Positions 28,101 through 40,390 of a stretch of DNA of 64,000 nucleotides are shown here, piece by piece. The DNA is from Ruditapes philippinarum. Its lineage: Eukaryota. Each line of letters opens with the position of its first letter. Positions within the stretch are counted from its first letter, which is position 1. Below the pieces are notes generated by a model. It was not told the origin of the DNA. It saw nothing but the letters and a program-made list of their open reading frames with translations, and made no database searches. The stretch is from positions 124,001-188,000 of the forward strand of contig NW_026863984.1 of assembly GCF_026571515.1 (NCBI RefSeq), given 5' to 3'. The position numbers and the translations under genes were made by a program.

Positions 28101-31100
28101 TGTCATCAGTGTATGCGTAAGTGGTATATTCCTATTTTTGTCATTAATGGTTTTTTTGTATGTATGCATGTTTTTTTTCTTTGCTTTGGTTTGGTATGAA
28201 AACATCTGCGGAAGTTTCTAATTCAAAATTTTACTATTTCATGTTTAAATGTTGAATTCTGCTTAAGCCGGTGCTAGGGGTCGTGGACTGTAACTTGCAC
28301 TTTCCAGTACCGTCCATGAACAGGCTCAATCAAACCGAGCCTGCAACATGTTCAATTTTGCCGTGTTGGATTTTCTTAAGGGTTTCTGAATGTATCTATT
28401 TTGTTCGTGATAACTTAAAAAAGATACATTTGTGTGTGTTTGCAAACATGCTTTTCTTAGACAAGTACAACTAAAAATTTAATCAGCTTTTACTTTATAA
28501 TTGCGAAAAATGATTTGTGAATAGTTCAGTGTCGTTTTAGCCTTTCTAGTGTAAAAATCACAATTTGTTTCTTATGAGAACCCATAGCTTTTTTGTTAAA
28601 AGACAGACAGCTACATACAGGGCGAAACAAAGCATACGAAGTTTTTTGTAACGGATTCAAAATATTTTAATTCAGAAGTATTTCTGAAAAACTACTACAG
28701 TATATTTCTCTCTTCGGAAATTTAAATCTATGGTTCTGTATGCCTTTGTTTGTCAAATGAATTAAAGGTAAGAATTTGTTAGTTTAACATATTGGACTTA
28801 GTTTATTAAGTATAGCCATTAACGTGTTTAACTAAGAGACTCGTGACATATTTTTGCAGCGATGTACGTGACGTGGATCCGTGGACAGGATTTGTAACAG
28901 AAAAGAAGCTAACTGGCTCCATTTCGGGCCCGACGCAGACCTGTCTTGTAGCCAAACACTTTGCCAATTTAAAGCACGGGGACAGGTTCTGGTATGAAAA
29001 TGCTGAATTCGGTTTCACTGGTGGTAAGTGGCACGTTTTATTGCCGCCTTAATTAAACTAAACCTGAAAAATGTAAACTTTAAGGAAATTCAGATATGCA
29101 TACTACCTTCACTTAAAGTAGGTCAGAGCTTTGGATTTCACAGCTCCTAAAGGGATACCAGAGTTGAATATTTGACCTTAAGTAAAGAAATTGAAGAGAC
29201 CCACATAAATCTTAGCTCAGGTTAATAAAGTAAGTTAAATTGAATTGCAATTTGCATGTTTGTCCTTTAATTTAAAGTTTCATTTTTTTCTCTTTAACTT
29301 AAAGTGTTTCATAGCTTTTTCACTTTTGGCTAGTCAAAGCTTGATATTTATTAAACTAAAGGCCGTTCAAGTTGTTAATTATAACTTATGTACACTCACT
29401 GTCAGGATATTTAAAGCTTGATAACTAAAATGAAATGAGCCGCGTCATGACAAAACCAACATAGTGCGTCTGCGACCAGCATGGATCCAGACCAGCCTGC
29501 GCTTCAGCGCAGTCTGATCAGGATCCATGCTGTTCGCTTACAAACCCTATAACAAGTAGGGAAACTGATAGCGAACAGTATGGATCCTGGTCAGACTGTG
29601 CGGATGCGCAGGCTGGTCTGGATCCATGCTGGTCGCAAACCCATTATGTGGGTTTTTCATAACGCGGCTCAAATGAAGTTTTATTTCTCAGAATAACGAA
29701 AAGAATGATATAATTAAGAGTAAGCTTAACTAAAGAGTGATAAATCAGTGTATATCAAATCTTTTAGTTTAGTATCAAGTTAAGTTAACTATACAAACGT
29801 TTGTTTAGGGCGTACCATTTTGTATTAGCTTTGCGTAACGGATATTAACCTTTATATGTCGACTTACTTTTTGGCAATTTTTTAATAGCACTAGATAAAA
29901 GCTTTAAATTCCACTTTTATTTCAACGAGGATCAAATCTTTATATTTGATCTCTGATTAAAGATGTTATAACAAAGCCCTTATATTTCTAATAATAATAA
30001 TAATATAACTAATATTACATCTCATCCTTAAAGTATATTCTAAATAACATACATATATGTATAAAGATATTTTTATTACAGACAAGTTAGCACAAATACA
30101 GACCAAAACTTTGGCTAGAATCCTCTGTGACAACCTTGGCGTTACAAAGATGAGGTCAGAGGTGTTCCGGACGAATTCTGATTGGTATGGATCTTAATAA
30201 ACTGAAAATTATAATCCATTTGTTTAACAAATAGCATTACTTTTAATGAGCTAAACCGTTAAGTAAAGGTCGTATTTAAAATTCCATATGAGCCAAATCA
30301 CTGCTCAACATTTTAGATATTCCTTCAAGCTTCCTTAAAAATGTTTGAAACTGTTTTTATATTATGTTATACCCCCTGGCGTTCGGCCGTCCGTCTCTGT
30401 CTCTCCGTCCGTCCGTCCGTTAGCAATTTGGTTTCCGGAGCATAACTTAAGTTCCATTTGGCCCACAATATTCAAACTTCATAGGATGATTGTACATATT
30501 GGGTAGAAGACTCCTATTGATTTTGGGGTCACAAGGTCAAAGGTCAAGGTCACTATCGCCTTAAATATGAAAACAGTTTCCGGAGCATAACTTAAGTTTC
30601 ATTAGGCCCACAGTGTTCAAAATTCATAGGATGATTGTCCATATTGGGTAGAAGATCCCTATTGATTTTGGGGTCACAATGTCAAAGTTCAAGGACGCTA
30701 TTACCTCAAAACTGAAAACAGTTTCCAGAGCATAAATTAAGTTCCATTTGGCCCACACTATTCAAACTTTATAGGAGGATTGCTATTTGAAGGCGGTAAT
30801 TCTTTATTTAATTTATGTAATGTCTTACAAATGCTTCATCCTTAATAAAAAAAAGAAAAACACTTTCGGGCATATAATGCTCCGCCTAGCGGTGCACTTG
30901 TTATTACTTGTTATGGCTGGGGATTTATGTATAGGTATTAAAATATTAAGCTATACATTAACTATATTCCGCTGTTTCAATTGGTACTGTTAAACTGTAT
31001 TACTATCGTTGTCTTATAAATTTGATGTCGATTGTTATTCGATACTTGTTGATTAAGTCTAATTGCCACTTTAAAATTCTTTTTCAAACCGTCATATATA

Positions 31101-32178
31101 TTAATCTATTTAGTCCATATACTGAATAGATGAGTGTCATTGGCTTTTCAAAGTAAACGTCAAGTATTAAAGCCGTTAACGAAAACAGTATCTGAATGAT
31201 GGTTGTAGCGTCTCTAATTATGTACGTAACTTCTATGTATCATCAAAATTGTGAGTTTGAAAGCTAACTTTTAAAAAATAAATCATGTGTCATGACAAAA
31301 CCAACATAATGGGTTTGCGACCAGCATGGATCCAGACCAGCCTGCGCGTACGCGCAGTCTTATCAGGATCCATGCTGTTCGCTTACAAACCCTATAACAA
31401 GTAGAGAAACTGATCGCGAACAGCATGGGTCCAGGCCCGGCTTTCACTAACGTTCTCAAACTGAGATATATCTCAACTTAAGATTGTCTCGGTATTGACT
31501 GAGATTCTTACTCACCTGAGAAAAATCTCAAGTTGGCTTTCACTAAACTTTTTTTCAACATTTGAGAATTTTCTCAACTGAGACTGTTCTTTTTTTTCTC
31601 AAGACATAAGCGGCTATCTTAGTGAACATTGTTGATGGGTTTCTATGACTAAAACATAGCATAGTGTGTTCGTTTTTGTACGTGGTATATCATGTATATA
31701 TTAATATAGTTGCTGTTTTGATGTAAGATGACGCAACAGGGAAACGTTTTGTATATTTATTACATTAAGATCTATATTTTCTTGTTTTATTTAAAAAGAA
31801 CAACAACAACAAGAAACAATCAATGACAAAAAACAACAAAAAGCAATTGCAAATGTGTGAATATTTGATCGCTAATGAAAATGATTTATCAAGAATGAAT
31901 GTACATTAAAAGAAAACAAAATCTGAGCTGAGTTTTTTACTTTGAGAACGTTAGTGAAAGCCGGGCCTGATCAGACTGCGCAGATGTGCAGGCTGGTCTG
32001 GATCCATGCTTGTCGCAAACGCATTATGTTGGTTTTGTCATGACGTGGCTCAAATCATGTGTCATGCAACACGCATTTAATTAAACACAACATTCTTGAT
32101 TGATTTTTTTTTTTCAGGAAAAGCTGTGATGAGATACGTACGGCGACTGGCGGAGATTGGGACTTAAGCGGTTGGTAG
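16148..32178 (+). CDS. Secreted animal heme peroxidase (peroxidase-cyclooxygenase superfamily; chorion peroxidase/peroxinectin-like architecture), paralog A, 767 aa, with atypical YRYH proximal motif
   Basis: Manual GT-AG splicing gives an uninterrupted 2304-nt frame: join(16148-16478,18039-18168,18901-19139,20079-20279,20844-20895,21262-21365,21822-21929,22927-23031,23439-23613,25252-25371,27379-27573,27901-28116,28860-29023,30082-30184,32118-32178). Signal peptide MRFCILVIALCGIYATVEC. Family motifs: FRNIDGICNN..WG, LPSARHIS, QFIDHD (distal Gln/Asp/His), QINAVTSYLDASMVYGS (Ca2+ site), GDTRAN (distal Arg), FVREHNRIA, YQETRKIIGA, AYRYH (proximal His), DLASLNIMRGREWG, GDRFWYE, LARILCDN. Exon phases match paralog B. 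Confidence 0.93.
19320..19502 (+). repeat. ~180-bp dispersed intronic repeat, copy in gene A
   Basis: TGAACACATCTG...TGTTTAAATGTTGAATTCTG...CAATCAAACCGAGCCTG...TTCAATTTTGTCG..TTGAGCGTTCTT, homologous to 28197-28380 and 49686-49868. Confidence 0.75.
23680..24664. mobile_element. TA-flanked non-autonomous DNA transposon (Tc1/mariner-type MITE) in an intron of gene A
   Basis: TA|CTGTAACCCAA...TTGGGTTACAG|TA with multiple subterminal TATTCGCGAATA palindromes. Confidence 0.75.
28197..28380 (+). repeat. ~180-bp dispersed intronic repeat, second copy in gene A
   Basis: Colinear with 19320-19502 and 49686-49868. Confidence 0.75.
29437..29670. mobile_element. Palindromic MITE, copy 4 (intron of gene A), with 4-bp TSD AAAT
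   Basis: AAAT|GAGCCGCGTC...AACGCGGCTC|AAAT. GAG ends plus a 4-bp AWWT target suggest a Sola-type element (inference). Confidence 0.9.
30365..30902 (+). mobile_element. Helentron-associated interspersed element (HINE; pearl/CvA-like structure)
   Basis: 5' TATACCCCC, (GTCC)n microsatellite and ~145-bp tandem cores (GTTTCCGGAGCATAAC at 30431, ~30576, 30721; GGTCAAAGGTCAAGGTCA). The 3' end is GGGCATATAATGCTCCGCCTAGCGGTGCACTTGTT with a short hairpin. Confidence 0.7.
31289..32051. mobile_element. Palindromic MITE, copy 5, interrupted by a nested element
   Basis: MITE sequence runs 31289-31434 and resumes at 31967-32051. Confidence 0.85.
31435..31966. mobile_element. Non-autonomous PIF/Harbinger-like element nested in MITE copy 5
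   Basis: 26-bp perfect TIR GCCCGGCTTTCACTAACGTTCTCAAA. It is flanked by CAG (31432-31434) and CTG (31967-31969) at a site that reads CTG in uninterrupted MITE copies (CWG target). Confidence 0.75.
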
Positions 32179-32273
32179 TCGGAATGGCAAGTTTTCATCA
32201 ACTGAAATCATGCTTAAAATTGCAGTTGAAAGACAACAAAATTATGATGTTTTATTCGAAACAAATAATTAAG

Positions 32274-32523
32274 AATAAAACTGATATTTCAGCATGAAAC
32301 TAAAATTTTAGCAATGAAACGTTATTCTAGCACGAAACTGGTATGTTTTATCATGAAACTGATATTTTAGTCTGAAACTGGTATCTTTTTTTAAAAACCA
32401 GATGTTTTCAATTTCAGATATAATTTTATATCTTCCATTCACATATTTTATCTATTAATATTGATTACATATATTTTGTGAAATTTTCTATTCACTATGC
32501 ACACATGATTGTTTTAAAATAAA
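32274..32523 (+). terminator. Candidate polyadenylation signals of peroxidase A
   Basis: AATAAA at 32274-32279 and 32518-32523, downstream of the stop codon at 32178. The second is followed by T/GT-rich sequence. Confidence 0.4.
32277..32390 (+). repeat. ~19-bp tandem repeat in the 3' UTR of gene A
   Basis: About six degenerate AAACTGATATTTtAGCATG units. Confidence 0.55.
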
Positions 32524-32900
32524 CATCATTTCAAAGTGTTATTGAAATGGGTTTTTTTTCACTCTTGTAGTTGTACATTCCTATTTTATTCCTACGTTTA
32601 CTCAGTAAATATATAATTATATCGAAAATTCTTTGTCATACTTGTTTTTATTCTATAAAAAGATGTAAAAGAAATGACCCAAGACGTTGATATTTGATGT
32701 ATGATGTAGTGTTTACAGTACTTTGAGTGCCTTGATTCGAACTTATCACATTTTTGTAATTTATCATTCTTTATCATAGAAAAGGTAGCTGAAAAATGAA
32801 AAAGAAAACCCTTTCTTACGAATGATTGTGTTTCTTTGCAATATGATAACTAATTGTCCATTTAGTGCTATACATAAAAGCAAATTCTAGCACCCACACG

Positions 32901-33395
32901 ATTAAACAGATCATGAAAAGTGGGCATCAGATAGAAACATGCGCGAATAGCTTCTTTGACCTTACGATTACGTTATTCAAAATTCTAACACGACCCGCAT
33001 TTTTCCCTATTGAACATAGAAGAACAGAAAGTGTGTGTTATTATGCAACAGATGCACAGTTTGACGTTCTATATTTAGACATGTGACGTAATCATTATAC
33101 ACGCGACGTAACCACTAAAAATCCGACGCGCTGAAAATAAGTACGGAAACAAATCAGGCGCAATTTTGCTTAGCTATCAAGTACGGCAACATTTATTTGT
33201 TGATGTCGTGTTAGAATCGAAATAATATATCCAAATTAGTGATTTTATCGCTTGATAACATCACTGTTTGTCGTTCGGATGCGCATCATTATATCACTCG
33301 GGCTACGCCCTCGTGATATAATTCCTCGCATCCAAACTCCAAACAGTGATGTTATTGAGCGATAAAATCACTGTTTGGGATATATTATTTCTTAA
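32901..33395. mobile_element. Hairpin-containing non-autonomous element (Crypton-like, second family)
   Basis: ~170-bp imperfect hairpin 33219-33391 (GAAATAATATATCC...GGATATATTATTTC) centred on TCACTCGGGCTACGCCCTCGTGA and ending in TTAA. The left boundary is approximate. Confidence 0.5.
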
Positions 33396-36016
33396 GTAGT
33401 AGTACATCATTGTGTACATCATTGTGTACACAAAAGTTAAAATAAAAACTAGCTAGCAATTGAATTTCCACGTACTAATTTAGAGCCAAAGTTAAAATTC
33501 AATAAGCCCGAGAGAATGTCGGAAACTTGTACAAATTCAAAGATAATCATCAAATACTCGGAGTTAATAAACTTGGAAAAGGCACAGTCTTTTGAATTAC
33601 CTTTATCAAAGTTTATATTTGTAAATGAAAAGCATGTGACATTGCGTTTTGCATGTACATAAAACCCAGATTACCTGCAATATTCATATGAACTATATTA
33701 ATTACAAATGTTTTTAAAGTAACTAATCATTATGTTTTCTTTGAATATAAAATTCTACATGATTCGAAAACGTGGTCGCTGACCCTTTTATATCTTTAAC
33801 GATTAAAATGTTTGTGATCACATTTTAAGATCGTGAAAAGTTTAACTAAAATTGATTATATATTATTCATTCTTTCGATTGTCTAAATTAAACATTTGCC
33901 TTTTGATTTTGATGTAGATTTGTGTGCCAATGTGATTAGTGATTTTCACCCATTCTTCTCATATCCATGCGTAATATCAACACGAATCCATGTAAATACA
34001 AACATTGGTGAAGGTAACACCTATTAAAAGTGCTATCTTTTCTGAGGTACATGTGTTGGGATGACATAAACAACTCAATATGAACATCTGATTTCAATAA
34101 CTGTATTTTCAACTCTAATATCAAATGTACAAAATATGATAAACAAGATCAACTTAAATGATAAATAATTTGTAACTGATTAGGAATTCAAAGAAAATAA
34201 TAATAGGCACATAAAGGGGAAGGGGACAGGAGACCAGGGGAAGGGGGGGGGGGGGTAATCAAAGAAATAAAAACTAGAGGCAATGGGGAAGATACTTACC
34301 GTAGATTAACAAAAGTGACGTCAACGTCACGTCGCGGTAAAATGATACGTACGTAATAGCGCCAAAGTCTATAAGACGTCTTACCGTCTAATACGCGTAA
34401 TATCTAACAACATGTTCGTAAAAACACTAAAATTTGAATTATTTATTAAACAACCGTTTTTTTTCTTGACGTTTGTATTTAAGTTGACATTCCACTATAG
34501 TTATGAAATTTACAATATATTTATCCAATTTACGCTCTATAGAGTATAAATATTTTATCAAACAAAAATGATGTGACTTAATTTTTTCACCATAAATGTT
34601 TATTGCAATTTCCAAAACATTGTCATTGTTACTGTGATTTATGGGCGTTTCTATTACATTTTTAACGTTTTATAACGTATACACTTACTATTATATTGCA
34701 TCCGGCTGAAAACGTATAAAATTAAAGTTAAAAAAGAAAGTTTATAAGTAGGATCCATTTGCATTAAGCACCTTTATCAGCGATCAAAAGAAGTGTTAAA
34801 CGTTTATTTTGCCTGACAGAGTATTAAACCATGAAGCGTCAAATATGCGTACTTAGTCAATTTAGTTATGTGTTTGAACTTATCTTATTGTTAACTTTAC
34901 AGTGACATTGCTGTTAGTTATAAAATATACGTTCCAGTGGATTAATTTTAAAGGTGTCATTTATGCATATTGCATATACTAATTAAATATATAGAAAAAA
35001 TAAAATAAAGTACTTTATTCTTTTGATACAATGACTTATGAAACTATTATGTCAATAATGCATAGAAAATGTTTTTTGCGGAGTCAAATACGTATGTTTA
35101 TATACATTAAAAAATCATTACAGAACTACATTACAGCACATTTTAAATGAAATAATAGTACTACCTAAGGAAGATATATGTATTTGCATTACTTCTCTTA
35201 ATATTCCGCCTTTTTTCTTTTTTTTTCTTTTTTTAGAAAATACCATTTATCATCCTTTTCAAAAAAAACAAACAAGAAAAGACCATGATCTGTCGGCACA
35301 GAATATGTAGTCGTCAGAAGACTAAGGGTTAAACTGTAAATATATAATATTAGTACTGCTATTGAAAAAGAATACGTTCAAAAGGTCGCAAATACAAGTA
35401 CGTCAAATGGCACGCATCAAGAGTATCAAATTATCTTTAATGACAACATCAAATATTGAAAAATGGTAATAAAGTTTATATTGGTAAGTATTTATCTTTA
35501 TAAACATAATGTTATTGAATATGATTAATAATCATCATGTCGATTAGTAAAATTGAATGTTGATATAGTTCTTTGTTTGCTGGATTTAAAACATGCATTG
35601 TAAAGGTCTCATTGCGACTCTCTCGCATTACTGGCAGAGGAGAAATACCTCGGTTGCTTCTTTAAGCGGACCCCTGAGAAGAAAATACGACCTCTGGTAA
35701 ATTAAGCGGATAGCCTCTTCGCATCCAATGTATCCAAGCGGTCAGAGTCAAGTGTTTTGAAGTCTGCTACAAAAATTTAAAAATGAAGATAATTTATATT
35801 TGTAAGATTGCATACAAAAATTGAAAATGCAATAAAGTATTCTTTTAGCGCATCTTTTAAAATACGATGCTCGAATGTTATGTTTAACATATAGTGCGAT
35901 AAATTTCTGTTTTTCTTAAATTCTTTAAATTCATAATACTTTATCCTTAAGTTACCGAAACATTCGTGGATATATTCAAGGACTAAATAACCTTTTTTCT
36001 CAATGTGTTTTGTTGT

Positions 36017-36052
<36 letters not shown>

Positions 36053-37379
36053 TTTTTTTTTGTTTTTTCGTTTTTTTTTACATAAAATTACGAAGTAAAA
36101 TTTACGTTTTTTTAATCTTAAAAAATAATTAATTGTCAATTCCTTATATTTCTATAAAACGGGAATGCTTTTAACCATTACTTTCTAATTATTTTAACAA
36201 TTTTGATTAATGCTTTTTTAATGACGCAAAATATATATTATCTTTGAAATTGAAATAAGTATGAAAACATCCGGGACTTTTATATTAATATAACATAGCT
36301 ATACTATAACTTCAACCACCTGCGGCAATATAGTTCACGGTGAATGGTGTGATTCGAACGTTTCAACAAAATACAAAATGGTATCATATGAGCCTAATTT
36401 AAGTCATCATTCAAACCTTCACACGACAAGGATGAAATAACAGTTTTAAATTATCCATATTATATTTCAGAGAGTTAAACAAAAAAAAAACACTTTAGTT
36501 ACAAATAGTTAACCAAACACCTACGCAGACGACATTATTGAGTGACTGAAGTTGCAGTCTTTGTTAATTTTTGAGATATATGGTAGTTTTTATACATCTA
36601 GACTATGAGAGAACTATCAAACATTCATTGGATTAAGAAGGTTCACAAATGAATTTTCTTCATCATGGTTTGTGACGTCATTGAAGCGTAAAATTGGTAT
36701 TCAAAGCTTGTTCATCTTTGTTCAAACCAGTATTCATATAATCGATTTGGCATGCGTATTATATATGGATTCACATTGTTATTAACAATAAAAGCGCGCC
36801 AATGAACAAATTTTTTCCACTGTTTTTATATAGGGTAAATAATAAACGAATAGTAACATGACGGAAAACAAATCTCCAAAACGGCTTAAGAAGCTCAGCT
36901 TAGCATCATTGATGGACTGCATGAACTAAAGATATCGAGGCAGCTCGTCCCCTGCGTCCTGTTTCGTACCTGAATAGTCACGACTGGGCAGCAGAGAGAG
37001 CATGTCTTGCTCATAGAAGCTATAAAAAACATTAGAACTCCAAATGATGGCATGTCAAACTAAGGGAATAGCAAATACAAGTACAAACTTAGATATGCAA
37101 AATTAACTGATTCCGTCACTTCCAAATTTTATCCCCTTATAGTTAAAAACATCACACAAATTTATTGGCAATTTCAACAAGCACTTAAGTAGATATTTGT
37201 TATATTTGAAGTGTATTTGCACAGATACTTGATGAAAGTCATTGATATGTGAAGAAAAAATTTACTTTTTTCGAAAATACTAGTATCACGTATCATATAA
37301 ACATATCTAACACGCAATCCTGAACGCCTTGTTTGCGAAATGAAGACTTTGGTCTATTTTAAGACAGGGCATCCACCTG

Positions 37380-37477
37380 TGACCTGCGTGATAATTGCTG
37401 GGTAGAATGCATAATAAGTGATATCACTTTTTTTATTCAGTCATCATTTCCAAGGCGTGCTTATCTCGTCGATAGAG
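37380..37477 (+). promoter_or_regulatory. Putative core promoter and non-coding first exon of peroxidase B
   Basis: TGACCTGCGTGA (37380) and GGGTAG (37400) have the same spacing as in gene A. CATAATAA at ~37410, Inr TCAGT at 37437-37441, donor GAG|GTAGGT at 37477/37478. The ATG exon is preceded by TTTTTCAG|AC-ATG. Confidence 0.6.
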
Positions 37478-39177
37478 GTAGGTCTTTTATATTGAAAAAT
37501 ATAATTTTAAAGTTTTTTTATCCCTTTGTCTTATTTTAAGTTGTTTAAATTTTGTTTTGTTTTTTATTTACAATTTTGATTAAAATCTCAATATTTAATC
37601 TCATTTATCGTTTATATTTTCTTTTATTATTTTATTATAAAATATATAATCCTTACTAAAGTACGTATATATTATAATTACTAAATTAAATTTTGGTAAT
37701 CAATATCCTAACTATATATTTGTTGTTGTACATGTAATTATTACCATTAGCATATGGATTAATTATTTTGAAAATAGTAATTATATCAGTGATGATGTTA
37801 TTAATATTGATAATAATGATGTTAATGATAATGATAATAATGATGATTAAGTTTATATATTAAATTAAAATGATGAAATTTATCGTACTCGTATAGCATC
37901 ATTCTTGCAACATCTGATATTCATAGATGTGTTCTAATAAATATAAATTTAAATTCGTTACAAAGATCAATTTAGTGTTTTTCTTTTATCATGAATGCAT
38001 ACCAAATTAATGCAGCTTTTCCCGCCTAGTCATAGTTACGTAAAGCGTGTTTGTGAACATAAAAAAAATTCTGATTGTAACTTGTGCTAATTGCTATATC
38101 TAATGTCAAAAACAATTGTTGGCTGATACATTTTTTCTGCTGCTAAGACGAAAATGGCATCAGGGGAAATCGAAAAAAAAGACATAGATCATCAAATCAA
38201 TTTTTCTTAAATAAAATATGTCCATGTATTTTTTATTAAAGTCTTCTTCAAAGGTCTACACTGAGAACAAATTCTGTTTTACGAAACATTATGTCTTTTA
38301 TATGTTTTCTGATGCAGGAACAATCATAATAATATCATTTAAGAAAAATACATGCACGCAGATGAAATCGAAAAACAACTTAAACAAAAAAAAACAACTG
38401 GAAATTGTTTTACAAATATAAACAATATTTTGCTTCAAGGTTCATTAGCCAAATGTAGTTACTCATTATGTGTTTACGGCTTAAAATACGTAAAAAAAAC
38501 AACCAAATAAAACATGTAACGCATATAAAAAATAATTTATAGTCACACAAAGTGGTGTCAAATGCTTAAATGTTTTGGTTGAGTTGATTATGTTCAGTTT
38601 AACATCCCTACAACATATTATGTATTTCATATGTTTCGACATATATGTTTGATAAACCGCTTTAATGCTACTTGCTTTCTGTAAAACATCAATAAAAAAT
38701 TTATGATATAAAGTTAGCTCATTGTCAGATACGCTCAGAAACCTACAACTTTTTTATTCTTACATGTAGCTAACTTAAACTCTATGTCGACCAGTGGCAA
38801 CATAATCATTTATTTTCAAAAGCTTGAAACTTGTCTGTCAAAAAAAAGAAAAGATATCAAGTCAGCGAGTCAGGTACGTGGAACTGCCGATACAAACTGA
38901 AACGAGATCTGTATATTTTACAAATATATTTAAACAAATGCAATGGTAAATGTTCACTTGCGTTAAAATGAAGATCATTTTGAATAAATTCTAATCGTTC
39001 CAAATAAAGAATATTTCTGTCGTTCAGTATGGCTGTTGTCGACACCTTAAAAGTAGAAAAAATATCACCAAAACAATTTTATGCTGAGGTTCAAATAACC
39101 TTTAGAAAGCAATCACGTCATTTTATCCAATTTTGTAATCGCAATTGGATATCAAGTTTAAATGACTATATGTTTAA

Positions 39178-39510
39178 AGCTGCACGCCTCCAGATGAGCC
39201 AAAATATTTCAAGAAAATGAAAATTGAGAAAAATGTACTAATATTTCAAGAAAGGTAAAAACAATCAAGATCAATGTTATTTGCGATTTAAGACTGATTT
39301 TGCAGTATTTTATCACCATATTTTTACTGCTTTACTTAAGTAGTAAGGGCTTTTTTTGCACATTTTGACCTCTTTTTGGTTATTTGCATGGATTGTAAGC
39401 GCCAACTGCAATATGTTGATAACTTTATTTGTTCACCTCACAATATTTTACTGTCAAATACATTTTCAAAATTTTCATGAAATTTAACATGAATCTGGAG
39501 GCGTGCTGCT
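39178..39510. mobile_element. Kolobok-like non-autonomous element (TTAA TSD, AG termini)
   Basis: TTAA|AGCTGCACGCCTCCAGAT...ATCTGGAGGCGTGCTGCT|TTAA. Confidence 0.8.
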
Positions 39511-40390
39511 TTAAAACAGCTATTCTTATTACATTATCCTCTTTTTGATACGACAAAAAAAATATAAAAAAGATACTTTTATACAAAATCATTGTACACA
39601 ATCATGCAACGAAGAAATAAAAACCTTCTATTAATTCATGTCACGTACAATTTAAAATATCATATTACCCGCCAACGATAATCAAGATAAAAAGGACCTT
39701 TGTAACGAATTAATGATACTGCAGATTCGTTTGTTAACATTTAAGATACCAGATACTGAAGAAATAAACGACACTTAAAAAACTGCTTTATTTTGGGTAC
39801 ATGTATCAGTCAAATGCCGTAAAGCTTAAGAACACTCTGTCATTCTCATGCAAAGAAAAATGTTAATTATTGAATGTTGTATGCTGCTCGTAAATCTATT
39901 TCACTTCGAATGGCATTGAACAGCTCATTAGATATCGAAGGTAATTAATTCTTTTGTAGACGAAACAAATAAATCTTATACATCAAAATTCCTTATGGTT
40001 CATTAATCTATTTATTTCATAAATTCTTTAATATTCACCACTAGCATTGTATCATCCGTTATGTAATCACTTAAAACTTTAAACGCATCATTATTGAATC
40101 AAGGAAAGCTTTTCTTGAATAGATGATAGAGAGAGAGAGTATGTTAAAGTTTTTAAGGAAGATCATGACGCATTATTTTCCATTATCTACTACATAAGAT
40201 ATGCACATTGCCGTCTTATGAGTGACATAATGATTTGAAGTAGTTCAAATACAGCGTATATATACTAGTTGCGTAAACACGTTTAAAGATAACCGGAGGT
40301 TTAACTTAGTGATTAGCCAGAATAAAAGATAATAATTGATACATTAGTCTTCTTTTTTTTTTGTTTTCTTTATCGTTTTATTTTTCAGAC

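Noticed and set aside
28969-28995. Peroxinectin integrin-binding KGD/RGD motif
   Set aside because: The corresponding site reads LKHGDRF in both paralogs (HGD, not KGD or RGD).
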